Below are positions 37,523 through 50,541 of a DNA stretch of 64,000 bases, in pieces. Location: contig NC_057750.1 in NCBI RefSeq assembly GCF_004010195.1, forward strand, positions 11,383,122 through 11,447,121, written 5' to 3'. Origin of the DNA: Chiloscyllium plagiosum (taxonomy: Eukaryota). The position numbers were made by a program, and so were the translations under genes. Below the pieces are notes generated by a model. That model did not search any database. It worked only from the letters and a program-made list of their open reading frames with translations, and had not been told where the DNA came from. Every line of letters starts with the position of its first letter. Positions within the stretch are counted from its first letter, which is position 1.

Positions 37523-38329
37523 TTTCCATAACCCAAATGTGCTTATATTTTTAAAAGGAACCAAATTAACTTGGCTTTTGGTGTTTATTAGCCTGCTAAA
37601 CACAAGAAAAGATAACAAAATATAATAGACATGAACAGATTAGAAACATGAACTGAACAAAATTATTGTAGTTAAAAAAGATGTACACATTAATCTCTGG
37701 CCATAAAGAATAGATGTGGGAATGTTGTGGCCATCATGTTAGATAATGTAGTAGAGCAATTGATTTCAAGAGTCTTGGCACTCTAATTAGTTGATAAGCT
37801 TTTGTCCTGTTATCTTTTTACAGGTGACTTTAGTGTCTGGCCTGGCTTCTAGCACTCAGACTGAGAGAAGGCCTTTCTTTACCTACGGCTGAGAGGTGTC
37901 TAATGGCAGTCCTCAAGCTGTGCCCTTCATGGCATTCAATCACACCACCTCATGAACACAGTGCAACTAGGGCTGCAGGGATTTTTAAACCCATTCTTGT
38001 GTCTTTCTAAAAGGGTAAACAAATCCTCAGTCTGCGATATAATCCTTGCTGACAGGCATTGCTTCCTTTTAAGTTTCTCTGTTTCAGGTTTCCCTGACAC
38101 TGTGCTGGTATGAGGGGAGGCAATGTTTCTTCAGTTGCTTCAATCAATTAAAGTATAAACTGTTAGCTTTAATAGAATTATCACTGGACTATTAACCCTG
38201 AGACTCCAGTAATATCCTGGTGGCATTAGCAGCCAAGTGTGTTCAAAACATTTCAGGCCAGAAAATACCCATCATGCTGTTTAGCCAGGTCCTGTACAAT
38301 GTGATGTCATACCTGTCCGAATACAAAGA

Positions 38330-39010
38330 CACTCAGCCACCCCTGTAAGCTGCGCAGAGACAACGTAATGAGGACATGCCACAACCCAAAGGACTAGCCA
38401 CACTACCATACATCAAAAACATTTCTGAACTGACAGCCAGACTACTGCGACCACTAGGACTCATAACAGCACACAAACCAACAGCCACTTTCAGACGACA
38501 ACTCATCAGAACGAAGGACCCAATACCCAGCATGAGCAAAACCAATGTAGTGTACAAAATCCCATGCAAGGACTGCACAAAACACTACATAGGACAAACG
38601 GGAAGACAGCTAATGATCTGCATCCATGAACACCAACTAGCCACAAAGCGACATGACCAGCTATCCCTAGTAGCCACACACTCAGATGACAAGCAACATG
38701 AGTTCGACTGGGAAAACACTACTATTATAGGACAAGCCAAACAGAGAACAGCCAGGGAATTCCCAGAAGCATGGCACTCATCCACAGATTCTATCAATAA
38801 GCACATCGACTTGGACCCAATATACCGGCCACTGCAGCAGACAGCTGGAACTGACAACCGGAAGCGGCAGATACAAATCACTATAAATGCTGGAGGAAAC
38901 ATCACAGAAGCGCTTCACAGGAGGCTCCCAAGCACTGAGGATGTCACCTAGACAGGGGACGAAACATCTGCAACACAAATTCCCAGCTCGGCGAACAGAA
39001 CCACAACAAC
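38330..39010 (+). mobile_element. Penelope-like retroelement 3' end encoding a GIY-YIG endonuclease (ORF 38376..38951)
   Basis: LPYIKNISE...NVVYKIPCKDCTKHYIGQTGR.L...IHEH...H.....HEFDW: GIY-YIG domain with the PLE CxxC; RT part missing. Confidence 0.9.
38932..38971 (+). ncRNA. Minimal type-I hammerhead ribozyme motif at the PLE 3' end
   Basis: GCA | CTGAGGA | T | GTCACCT-AGAC-AGGGGAC | GAAAC | ATC | TGC: core boxes, 7-position stem II with one mismatch, 3-bp stem I, NUH triplet. Activity unknown. Confidence 0.7.
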
Positions 39011-39149
39011 AGATGCAAAACAAAACCAGACAGAAACCTAGACCTATTGCCAACCTATGGGATGATTGAAGCTGGTCCAGGAAATTACCTTGACTCTGAT
39101 TTATATTGGAGGTTTCCTATCTTTTTTTATAAAGATCATGGAAACCTAG

Positions 39150-39830
39150 ACATACAGCATAGAAACTGGCCTTTCGGCCTACCATGTCTATTCTGAGCAA
39201 TAAATACCAAACTACAATAATTTCATTTACCTGCACTTGGTCCAAAGCCTACTGTGCTCTGGCATTTTAAGTGGTCATTCAGATGCAAGAGTACCTGCAT
39301 CCACCATCCTCTCAGGCAGCACCTTCCATATTTCTACTATCTTCTGGGTGAAAAATATTTTTCTCAGATCTCCTCAAAACCACTTCCTCCTCACCTTAAA
39401 TTTATTCCCTCTGGTCTTAGACATGTCTGCCATGAGGAGAAAGTGAGGACTGCAGATGCTGGAGATCAGAGCTGAAAAATGTGTTGCTGGAAAAGCGCAG
39501 CAGGTCAGGCAGCATCCTGCTCCTTGGATGCTGCCTGACCTGCTGCGCTTTTCCAGCAACACATTTTTCATGTCTGCCATGAGAAAAACGTTCTCATGAT
39601 CTACTATGTCTGTGCCTCTCATAATCTTGTATACCTCAATTGGATCCCCCCTCATCCTCCTCTGTTCCATGGAAAACAAACCCAGTCTATTCAATCTATC
39701 CTCATAACAGTCTTTTCATCCCAAGCAACATCCTGGTGAATAGCCTCTGCACCCTCTCTGATGCAATCAAATCTTTCCAATGGCATGATGACCAGAACTG
39801 CATACAGAATTTAATCTGTGGTCTAACCAA
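39150..39830 (-). mobile_element. CR1 LINE 3' end, interrupted by a fold-back insertion
   Basis: ORF 39374..39694 NRLGLFSMEQRRMRGDPIEVYKIMRG. Confidence 0.8.
39437..39568. mobile_element. Fold-back PLE-derived mini-insertion, 15-bp TSD
   Basis: Perfect 45-bp arms at 39473-39517 and 39526-39570; catgtctgccatgag at 39422-39436 and 39569-39583. Confidence 0.85.
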
Positions 39831-41785
39831 GGGTAATCTCTATTCTAACCAGATGTATGCCCGGATCACGATTAAAGGAATTCAGTGAATTGGTGTTCAT
39901 TACATAATCTGCAAAATGAATCACCCAATATCCAACTACCAGTTAAAACTTGTGAGCATTACTCTTGGTCCTCTTTGGATCTCTCCAGTTGAATGTTTAG
40001 CGAGGATGATCTTGATATCAGGTGCATCTCACATCATCTTTTATGATTGTGACAAATGACACAGTAAGTTTCTTGCTTGGCAGTGTGGAATTGCCAATTT
40101 AGAGGGGTCATTGCTTGGTAAACGCCTGCTCATGGTCCAACTTATCTCATTAATATTCAGCTTCCTACCTTACCAAATGCGCCAAATAAGTTGAATGTTG
40201 AGTAATTGCAACATGGAAACAAAAAAATTGTACTTCAGCTCACTGGTTACTTTAATGCACCTGCATTTTGCTTAGGACAAAGCATCTTCTCTGGGCACAT
40301 TCAAGGCCACCCCTTCTACATAGTCATTGGCATCCAGCTTTTGCTAACTCCTCATGACACCTCTCCAGTACACTTGGAGGCCACTCAGGAAGCACACATG
40401 GGCATTGCAGAATGCAGCAGAAACTAGCATTGAAAAGCTGCAGCAGGGACATCTACATACAGGGACACAGTTCACGGATTACAACATTGAGGGCCGAAGG
40501 GCCTGTTTTGTGCTGTATTGTTCTATGATTGATCGAGGCTGTCTCTTAGAGCTACTCGCTTGCTCTCTTAGCGCTCACTCGTTTAGTGCCTACCTGCGTG
40601 CATGCACCATCCATGCCTTGCCTTGCTATGCTAATTGGTGCAGTCACACACCAGGCAACATACCTTAATATCCAGTAATCCTCAGTCAGGGGAATGTATA
40701 TGTTGCCATACTGTAGTGTGATATGTCAATCTCTCACATTATATACAATTGAGGGAGGTATCAGTGAGGCCATTGCAACACTAGAAGGAGTGAATGTCTC
40801 AGCATTTGGTGCTGAGTGGAGGTTCTGGACTTTTGCCTCCAAGCATTTGTAGTGTTGCGAATAGTTCTTATTTCCATATTACACAATCAATGAAGGGTAA
40901 CTGGACAAGGTGTGAAAAATATTTACATAAATGATACTAGGAGTTAGATTATGACTATCTGGGAAGGCTGTTGACTCTTATCTAGAAAAATGGAGGATGA
41001 GAGGGTGGTGGAGGCAGGTACACTTGCAACATTTAAGAAATTATTTGCTAGGGTAGAATTAGAGTTTAGAATGAGTGGACATAAAAAGAAGATGGTCAAT
41101 AAGAAATCAAACTGCACCACCAATGAGTTTCACTCCAAGCCCCACATCATCCTGACTGGAATTATTTTGCTGTTCCCTCAGGATCACTGGGTCAAGATCC
41201 TGAAACTCATTCTAACAGCATTGTGTGTTTACTAAATGCAGCGATTCAAGAAAACAGCTCACCACCACCTTCTCAAGAGCACCTGGGAATGAGCAATAAA
41301 TGCTAGCTGAGCCAGCGATGCCCACATCCTAGGAGTGAATTTAAAAAAAGAAACCAATAAGGAATTCAGGAAAAAATCTTCTTTATCTGGAGAGTGGCTA
41401 GAATGTGGAGCATTGATTACTCAGTTGCTGAATATATTCAAGGCTGAAATCAATAAACTTTTGTACACTAAGGAAGTCAAATGATAAAAAAATGTGGAGT
41501 TGAATTAAGGATCAACAATTATCTTTTTAAACTTCAGGACAGTCTCAAGAGGCTGTATATCTTACTTTAATATTCCCAGGTTTCATTAGGGACTGGTTAT
41601 TCGGATGCTGAAACAGGCTGACCACATAATGCAATAGTGTTCAATCCAGAAGGTATTTGTTAATTGCATTGACTACCAACAACCACTATCTTTGGCTTTT
41701 TTCCTCTTTCACAGATGTCAAATAAAATGACAATTAAAACTGGATGATTTTTTTTATCAAAGGATAAAATTATATCTTGCCTCCT

Positions 41786-42012
41786 TGAAATAACTCCACA
41801 GAGGCCGGTATTCTGTCACCAAGTCACACTTTATTTACTTGTGCATAGTAGTGGTCTGGCTTCCTCAGAGCCAGTTGTCAGAGTGAGCAGGATATCTTAC
41901 ATTGCTGTTTATAGCTGCCAGCCAGGGTTCCCTGACTGGACCAGGTTATCAGCCCCAATCAGGAAATTCATTTTCTGAGGTCCATTTGGCTGACCTCATT
42001 CCAATCATTGCA
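41786..42012 (-). mobile_element. Solo LTR of the Gypsy family at 6192-8688
   Basis: TG...CA ends; colinear with the LTR at 6192-6431 (ccacagaggcc..caccaagtca..tttattta..cttcctcagagccag..ggaccaggtt..gcccca..cagg). Confidence 0.85.
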
Positions 42013-42838
42013 TTTCTGACGGGAGGGAAGTAAGCAATGGATATTCCCAGAGACCATTATGACTATTAAGGATATTGCTTTGCTGGAACTGGACTTGGGT
42101 GAAAGGATACAGATGATTCAAAACTTGGCAATGCATCAAATAATGAAGATGTAGACAGAGTGGTGAAATGGGCAGACATTTTTTAATAAGGATAAGTATG
42201 AAGTGAGACACCAACATTTTGATGGGGCCACAAAAACCTTGGGACCTGGAGGTACACACTCAGATATCTTAGGAGGTGGCAGCTCAAATTTATAAGGTGG
42301 TTAAGAAAGTATATGAGATATTTGCAAGTCGAGACATTGAATACAGTTGTGTTTATTATTCTTTAGAAAAGTCTTAGGGGTACAAAATAGATTTATGGGA
42401 TGCTATTCGAGACAAATAAAAGTCAGCCATTTGGAATGATTGAAGAAGTTGGGATTATTCTTTTTTGAATACTGAATGTTAAGGAGAATATTCAAAATTG
42501 TAAAGGGTTTTGATAGACCTAAGAGGGACGTGTTTCTCAGGCAAGTATTTATGATACTGCGCTGTTGTGTTTTTAGTTTATGTTCTCCTGCACTATTACG
42601 CTAACTTTACCACCATATTATGGTTGACGAGGGCAGACACTTTAAAAAAAGATTGAATTCCAAATTGGAGTGGCATGCTCCAAAGTTTACCCTGTGTTTT
42701 CCAGTTGCTGCCACTCTGATACTCAATTTGAATGTGCTTTCATTTTGTACATCATCGGGTCTTGTGCTTGCTCAGATGGAATTGAATTGTGGAGTTGTAT
42801 CATGGTGTCATATTTGACCCTGAGATAAATTTTTGACC

Positions 42839-43033
42839 GAGGAGAAAGTGAGGACTGCAGATGCTGGAGATCAGAGCTGAAAATGTGTTGCTGGAAAAGC
42901 GCAGCAGGTCAGGCAGCATCCACAAGGAGCAGGAGAATCAATGTTTCGGGCATGAGCTGAAGAAGGGCTCATGCCCGAAACGTTGATTCTCCTGCTCCTT
43001 GGATGCTGCCTGACCTGCTGCGCTTTTCCAGCA
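42839..43033. mobile_element. Fold-back PLE-derived mini-insertion retaining a hammerhead core, 14-bp TSD
   Basis: ataaa(t/c)ttttgacc at 42825-42838 and 43034-43047; long near-perfect inverted arms around a central tgaagaag. Confidence 0.85.
42957..42984 (+). ncRNA. Hammerhead ribozyme core motif
   Basis: CTGAAGA-A-GGGC TCAT GCCC-GAAAC-GTT; palindromic ACGT helix III as in minimal PLE hammerheads; 5' strand of stem I lost at the inversion junction. Confidence 0.65.
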
Positions 43034-43069
43034 ATAAACTTTTGACCTCATATTTGCAATATTATAAAG

Positions 43070-43717
43070 AGAGTCATAGAGACGTACAGCATGGAAACGG
43101 ACCCTTCAGTCCAACGTATGGGCAAGTTGGTATCTGGTCAGGGGACACGCTGACCAGATATCCTAAATTAATGTAGTCCCACTTACCAGCATTTCGCCCA
43201 TATTCCTCTAAACCCTTCCTATTCATGTACCCACCCAGATGCCTTCTAAATGTTGTTATTGTACCAGCATTCACCACTTCCTCTGGCAGGTCATTCCATA
43301 CATGTACCACCCTCTGTGTGAAAAAGTTGCCCCTCAGGTCCCTTTTAAATGGTTCCCCCCTCAGCTTAAATCTATTCCCTCTAGTTTTGAACTCCCCCAG
43401 TCCAGGGAAAGGACCTTGGCTATTCACCCTATCCATGTCCCTTGTGATTTTATAAACCTCTATAAAGTCATCCCTCAGCAGCTGACCCTCCGGGAAAATA
43501 GCCCCAGCCTATTAAGCCTCTCCCTAAAGCTCAAACCCTCCAACCCTGGCAACATTCTTGTAAATATTTTCTGAATCCTTTCAAGTTTCACAACATCTTT
43601 CCAATAGCTGGGAAACTTGACCTCCCAACTGCTAAACTCAATGCACTGACCAATAAAGGCAAGCATACCAAACGTCATCTTCACTATCCTGATCCTGCAA
43701 CTCCACTTGTAAGGAAC
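43070..43717 (-). mobile_element. CR1 (HER1-like) LINE 3' end
   Basis: ORFs 43074..43436 (TRGNRFKL..FFTQRVVHVWNDLPEEVV) and 43475..43774. Confidence 0.88.
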
Positions 43718-44269
43718 TAGTCTTTGGACAAATAATCCAGAGACCCAAGCTAATTGACCCAGGGAACAATTCAATTAATAAAATCTGGAATAGAAAGTCT
43801 AGTCTCAGTATATGTGACTATGAAACTATCAAATGACAAAAAAATGGTTCTGTATTGTCCTTCAGAGAAGGAAATCTGCCATCCTTACTTGGTCTATCCA
43901 GTCAGAGATTCTAGATCCACTCCAGTGTGTTTGACCCTGAACTGCCTTCTGAAATGATCTAACAAGCTATTCAGTTGTACGAGATTGCAACAGGTAAAGC
44001 ATTGTATGTGCACTCACCCCACATGGACTGTAGCAGGTCAAGAAGGCAGATCACAACCACAATTAGGATAGGGCAGTAAATTCTGCTCTTGCCCATGATA
44101 GTCACATCCCAAGAATGAATTTTAAAGAGAAGCAGAACTGAGCTGAATGGACTTTGAGGATGACTTTTGAGTAGGTCTCAAATTGAGGGAGCAGTGAAGA
44201 TAAAATAGGTCTCGGATATGTTGATGGGAATGAGGAAAGAAGAATTTTTCTAACAAGTCATGGTTGGAT

Positions 44270-45252
44270 TGTGACCAAGTGTGATGTTTGACCCAGTCTG
44301 AATTTGCTAGTTATCTTTGAGAAAGATTTAGATACTGAATGAATCCAAGGACAGGATAAAGAAGTTCCCCTCACACCCCATTTAAGGCCAGGAATAGGCC
44401 TTACATCACTAAAATTTGGTGGGTTTTAAAACCAACCTTCAATCCTAAATTGTCTTTCTTCATGAAAGGTTGAAATAAAATTATTATTTACATCTCACTA
44501 AGAGACTACAAAATCTATTCTTAATATCCATCGATCTGCCCATCTAAAATTGCACTGAAAGAAAATACAACTTTTCATATTTGTTGCAGGATGAAGTTCT
44601 GTTTTTGTCATAATGTATAATAATATGATCAGTTGGGAAACTAGATTGCAGTTCAATGTTTTTTTTGGTTTTATTTCTGTGGTGATAGCTTGCACTTTTA
44701 CAGAGTCCAGCAGCTCATTTTTGAACAGTGACTTCAAACATCATTTTCAAGAAAACATGTGACTAGAGAAACCACTTGTAGAGTTAATTCATTAAAGGTT
44801 TGCAAAGTTGAACTTTTATGCCCCAATCGGGTTTCAGTTAAGAAGAAAGGTTATCTCAGCTGAAATGCAGTTTTTTGGTTTGTAGAAAGCTCCACATTGT
44901 TAGAACTGGAGATAAATCCAGATCATCAGAGTTGGAAGGAGGCAGTTGAATTAAGAAATCTGGGTTAAAATAGGAATGAAACTTCACTGGGATTAAGTGA
45001 CTGCAAAGATATTGCTGGGAAAAGGATTAAATTTTTCTCTTTGCTGTTTATGTTAAGATCTTTCTAAATTATTATATTGATAATAGCTTTATTTTATTTT
45101 CTTTAGTGTAATAAACTTGTGTTTTTTTTTGTTAAAAGATCATTGGCAGCTTTGCGTAAATATGATCAGTAACTGACCAAACTGCAAAAATAAATTTCCA
45201 TCATGCCAAGTTTCACTGACATCAGAATCACCGCCAGCTGGGATCATAAGAC
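44270..45252 (+). mobile_element. Possible old LTR-like repeat ending about 30 nt upstream of exon 3
   Basis: Starts tgtgac, has aataaa at about 45110, ends gggatcataag/aca; its 3' part loosely resembles the reverse complement of about 22193-22330. Weak. Confidence 0.35.
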
Positions 45253-45283
45253 AACTACTCTTTTGTTTTCGCCCCCCCAATAG

Positions 45284-45374
45284 ATGATGACTTTTCAGTT
45301 ATCCAGCAAGAGATCATTATGGTGAAATCCTGTACACATCAAAATATAGTCGCTTATTACGGAAGCTATATCAG
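45284..45374 (+). CDS. MAP4K1: MAP4K kinase coding exon 3 ([31 protein letters not shown]; alphaC helix)
   Basis: Acceptor ccccaatag|AT, donor CAG|gtaaga; 91 nt, phase 1 to 2, in frame with the previous exon; QQEI..HxNIVAYxGSY motif. Confidence 0.93.
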
Positions 45375-45591
45375 GTAAGAGCTGGGTAAGAATTTCTTAA
45401 AGCAGTTGAGACTCAACAACGGAATTTACATATAATAATGAGGACTCAAAGTGGGCATTCTTCATCAGACAGTACAATTTTGGGAGAGGTGCATGATGAG
45501 ACAATATAACTTTGACTTTTAACATCTAATCTGTATCCAATTATTTTTAACCTGTGTTGTCTGATAGAAAATCTATTTTATCTTCCATTAG

Positions 45592-45656
45592 GTCCAACAA
45601 GTTATGGATTTGTATGGAATACTGTGGAGGAGGATCACTGCAGGATATTTACCATG
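45592..45656 (+). CDS. MAP4K1: MAP4K kinase coding exon 4 ([21 protein letters not shown]; hinge)
   Basis: Acceptor tcttccattag|G, donor ATG|gtaatt; 65 nt, phase 2 to 1; [17 protein letters not shown] is the GCK-I signature; preceded by a 217-nt intron. Confidence 0.95.
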
Positions 45657-47749
45657 GTAATTCCAGTTTTCTCATTTCAAAGAAACTCATTCCATTCCAG
45701 AAACTCTCACACTAAAATCTCGGATTGCAGACAGCTGAAATGCAGGATTCTGTGCTGTACAAAACAAATAAAACAAATTCATTTACTGGTGCACTCATTC
45801 TGCTGTTCTTTTGGCCTCGAATCTTTAACCTTTGTGGAAACGCTGACAAAGGAAATAAGGTTCTGCAGACCCAGACACAAAATGCGGTTTCAGGCAAGGG
45901 TTTACTGCACACAGGAGGAAGACCATTCAGACTGTCATGTTCATTCTGCACCTTGGCATCCAAAATGAATCCCACTGCTCTGTTCTTTACACAGGTCTTA
46001 ATCTGCTTCTATACTTATCTAGTTTTCCTTGAAAAGTGCAATGTTCTTTTTCCCAACCACTTCCTGTTGCAAATTCTCTAATTGCTTTGTGTAAAGAAAT
46101 TTCTCCTAATCTTTCTCTTCACTCTGTAGCAATTTTAAGATTGTAGACACCTCATCATTGACTCTGCTATCAGAAGAAATAGTTTCCCTAATTTCTGTCT
46201 CAAAATCCTTCACAATCTTAAACCATTTGAAACATTCAATACCCTCCTATGCTCCAATGAAACAGTCTGAATTAAGTCTCTTGTCATAATAAGCTTAGCT
46301 AGTTTCTCATTACTGGTCACAATGGGTTAAAATCTCTCCCATTCACTCCCATCGTATAGAATAGTTTCCTGATCAAACATAGAAGACTCTAAGGAATGCA
46401 GTAGGATAGATGTTTCCCCTGGCTGAAGAGCTTAGACCTAGGAGGACAGTCACAGGATAAGAGAGTAGTCATTTTGAATTGAGATGAAAAAAATCTTCTG
46501 AGAGGATTGTAAAACAGCTGGGTGTTCAGCTGTTGAGTATACTCAAGGCTGAGATTGATTTGGTATTTGGACTTAACGTGGAAATAGAGAACTATGTGGA
46601 CTAGGAGGGGTTTGTACTGAACTTGCTTCTTTGGTGATCCTTTAGGATCAAGAATGGCATGTTTCCACTTTTCTTGACTGGGTCTGGGATACCTGATAAG
46701 TCCAGTGCATGATCTGCCCAGTCTATCCCAGCTGAGGCAGGTAATTCTTGGACAGATGAGGTATTTCTAGATTTGTGCCTTTTTTCTGATACATCAACCT
46801 TGCTTCTGCATGCTCCCAGCAAAGTTCATTGACTTTTTTTTATGTTCTCGAATAAACCTTCTTCATTTTGGTTGGTCATAAGTCAGGAACTCTCAGGAGT
46901 AGATGAGAATAATTGATATTTTCAGGAATGTTTTAAGGACATTGCTAAAGTAATTCCACTGACCTCCTGGCCATCTCCTGTTAGGACTGAGTTGCAAGTT
47001 GAACAGTTGTTTCGGAAGTCTGGTGTCAGGCATATAAATGACATGTTCCTCCTATTGGAAATGGATTTGACTGATTCACACTGGAATTAAAAATGTCTGA
47101 CCCACATGTGACTCCAAATCCACAGCAATGTGATGAATCTTAACTGGTCAAGATACTGAACTGTATTTTACAAAATATACTCCATCTTGACAGTGTAGTG
47201 TTGTTGCAAAAGATAATTTCATTGCTGGACCTGAGTGCAGTTCACAACAGCAAGCCCACATTGACGAAATCATCTTCTTCCCTTTGCTGCAACTTTGGGC
47301 CTGAGCTCTCCCTTTGAGTTTCTCTATTTTAACAACAGCTAATTGTCACTTCAAGGCAGCTAGGCAACAGAATCTATAGACACTTCAGGCCTTGTGTGTG
47401 TGTGTGTGGTTGTTTCTGTTTCGTTCAAGCTGATAAGTTGAATGAATTATTGGCTATCCAGGAACCAGCCTTCTGACCGTTGTATTTGTGGTCTTGCAGG
47501 GTTCTGCTTATGTTAGGTCAATTGATGAAGTTTTAACTTCACAAGGTCTAAAATTAATGTGAGGAAACTGCTGCTCTTTGAAAAAAAAAATCAACAAACC
47601 ATCTTGTTTGGCAAAAGTCAGACTGTTTAAAGACATGTCACTTCAATGTACTCATTTGATGAGGGGGGAGAGGGGCACATTCACACCACATCATTGCTGA
47701 AAGAACCACATAATATGCAGGAATAACTGACATTAGCTTAATAATGCAA

Positions 47750-48790
47750 GGGAACTGCAGTACTGAGTTTCAGATCTTCAGACACTAAATTACTGAGAAG
47801 ATCAATAAACCAAACACTCAATGCACAGACTATTAGTTTCAGCCTAGAGAGAAGGACCAAAGTGAAGGTAGAAAGATTATGAGTGAAGATCTGGAAAAAG
47901 TGAGTGGCCTCAAATACTTATTAGTCAGTGGTGTCAGAAGGAAGTATGAAATGACAATAAAACAATTGGATTAATTATGGTAGAAGTTATTGTAAGAAAT
48001 GCAATGGAATATTGTAAAAAGTATTGGTGGAATTGAAGGGGATATTCTACAAGTCAGTTGAGAGACTAGTCTTATATGTGCAGAAACTTGGACCACCTCA
48101 AGAACAGTGGACCAATGATTGGAGACAATTAAGGTGCAAATCCTGAAATGGATGAATGAGGTGATGAAAAATGACAAGATCAGGAATCAACATATCACAG
48201 TATCAATGTGGAAATACTGAAGAAAGTTGCTGAGAAAATGTTGAAATAGCATGGTCATCTGTTTCAGAGAAAGAAATAAAATGCTGTGAGGTCATGATGA
48301 AAATGAAATTGTCTGGAAGATGAAGAGGAGCAAGGCTTAAGACTGGATGGAAAGATGCAGTGTCAAAAAAACCTGAAAAACAGGAATTGGGAGAGAAATG
48401 AGTGATTTAGAGTCAGAGATGTACGGTATGGAAACAGACCCTTCAGTCCAACTTGTCCATGCCGACCAGATATTGTAAACCGATCTAGTCCCTTTTGTCA
48501 GCTTTTGGCCCAAACCTCTCTAAATCTACCTTATTCATAAACCCATCTCAATGTCTTTTAAATGTTGTATTTGTATCAGCCTGAACCACTTCTTCTGGTA
48601 CACATGCACCACCTTCTCCGTGAAAATGTTGCCCGTGCTGTCCCTTTTAAGTCTTTTCCCTCTTACCTTAAACCTATGCCCTCTAATTTTGGACTCCCTA
48701 CAATGGGAAAAAGAGGTGGTGATGGGGAGAGTTGACCTACTAGCACTGTGGTGACCCCAAGAGAGAAGTTAAAGAAGAAGATAGAAGAGA
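47750..48790 (+). mobile_element. Degenerate RTE-clade LINE 3' part, interrupted by a CR1 3' end (about 48408-48710, minus strand)
   Basis: Frame-broken remnants of RTE motifs LY.AETW (ttatatgtgcagaaacttgg), DKIRNQHI (gacaagatcaggaatcaacatatc), GH and GR.RG.R.K..WKD.V. Confidence 0.6.
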
Positions 48791-49427
48791 AATTGAGTTG
48801 CTGAGGGGGAGAAGGAGGAGAGTAATTGAGAGTGTGACGGAAGTAAGTTATTGATGGTGAGTGAGTTACTATGTGTGAAAGGCAGGTTACTGAAAGTATA
48901 TGAATTACTGATATTATGTGAAAAGGGAGTTGCTGGGCCATTCCAAGTGTCCCTGGGCTGTGTCACTGTTGTTTTCATCACCAGTCTGATATCTGGACCT
49001 GTTCTAATATTTGAATTAGTTATCTAAATGACATGATGTGCCTCAGCAAGGTTGCCCTGGACATGGAATACCAACAGCATGATGCAATATAAATGATAGG
49101 AAGTGAACACATATACCCAGAAAGAATTATGCAATGGTGCTATACAGTTATACTTTTGATAAATATAACAAAGTTTGAAGATTGTTCAAAACTTGGAAAT
49201 CTAAAAAACAGTAAAGATGATAGATAAGATCAAAGACTTGTGAAATGGGAGAACACATGATAGATGCAGTTTAATGCAAGATGATACATGAAGAAATAGG
49301 AGCAGGAATAGACCATTTGGCAGCTTCAGCATGTCTGACCTTAAAAATGGGTGCAGGAACAGAGGGACCTGGGGTTCACTTGCAAATGTTTGAGGAGATA
49401 ATACAAGTTATAGTACCAGTTTGCTCA

Positions 49428-50238
49428 GATCGGTGCTGGGTCCTCTACTTTTTGTCACTTACATAAATGATTTGGATGCGAGCATAAGAGGTACAATTAG
49501 TAAGTTTGCAGATGACACCAAAATTGGAGGTGTAGTGGACAGCAAAGAAGGTTACCTCAGAGTACAATGGGATCTTGATCAGATGGGCCAATGGGCCGAG
49601 AAATGGCAGATGGAGTTTAATTCAGATAAATGCAAAGTGCTGCATTTTGGGAAAGCAAATCTTAGCAGGACTTATACACATAGTGGTAAGGTCCTAGAGT
49701 GTGTTGCTGAACAAGGAGACCTTGGAATGCAGGTTCGTAGCTCATTGAAAGTGGAGTCGCAGGTAGATAGGATAGTGAAGGCAGCGTTTGGTATGCTTTC
49801 CTTTATTGGTCAGAGTATAGAGTACAGGAGTTGGGATGCCATGTTGCGGCTGTACAGGACATTGGTTAGGCCATTGTTGCAATATTACGTGCAATTCTGG
49901 TCTCCTTCCTATCGGAAAGATGTTGTGAAGCTTGGAAGGGTTCAGAAAAGATTTACAAGGGTGTTGCCAGGGTTGGAGGATTTGAGCTATAGGGAAAGGC
50001 TGAACAGGCTGGGGCTCTTTTCCCTGGAGCGTCAGAGGCTGAGGGGTGATCTTATAGAGGTTTACAAAATTATGAGGGGCATGGATAGGATAAATAGACA
50101 AAGTCTTTTCCCTGGGGTGGGGTAGTCCAGAACTAAAGGGCATCGGTTTAGGGTGAGAGGGGAAAGATATAAAAGGGACCTAAGGGGCANNNNTGGACCG
50201 AAGGGTCTGTTTCCATGCTGTATATCTCTGACTCTATA
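49428..50238 (+). mobile_element. Young 5'-truncated CR1 (HER1-like) LINE
   Basis: Uninterrupted ORF 49421..50125 SVLGPLLFVTYINDLD..SKFADDTKIGG..LYRTLVRPLL..RLRGDLIEVYKIMRG. Confidence 0.92.
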
Positions 50239-50485
50239 ACTCCTACAAGTGATGATGCTCATGACCAAGAGATGGTAGCTTGAACTTTGCAGCCATTGAT
50301 CTCGGGAACATTAATAAGTTTGTTAAAATAGGGAAATGCAGGTAAAGAAGTAAAGAATAAAGCTGTGACTCTCACTCATGGATGTGAAACTGAAAACTTC
50401 CCCTTTTATTTGTGTTAGCACAAAGATTTTTATTATAACGGACAAGTAAACAGCATTAACTTCTCTTTTCTTTTCTTCCTGCTAG

Positions 50486-50541
50486 TAACTGGCCCACTCT
50501 CTGAGTTGCAGATCGCTTACATCAGCAGAGAGACACTACAG
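50486..50541 (+). CDS. MAP4K1: MAP4K kinase coding exon 5 (VTGPLSELQIAYISRETLQ)
   Basis: Long polypyrimidine tract then ctag|TA, donor CAG|gtgagg; 56 nt, phase 1 to 0. Confidence 0.95.

Noticed and set aside
49421..50125. 234-aa RT-like ORF as a host or domesticated gene
   Set aside because: A 5'-truncated CR1 ORF2 piece with many similar copies in the window, no proper start and no endonuclease.
50190..50193. Apparent internal deletion in the CR1 3' end
   Set aside because: Coincides with a 4-N gap, so more likely an assembly issue than biology.
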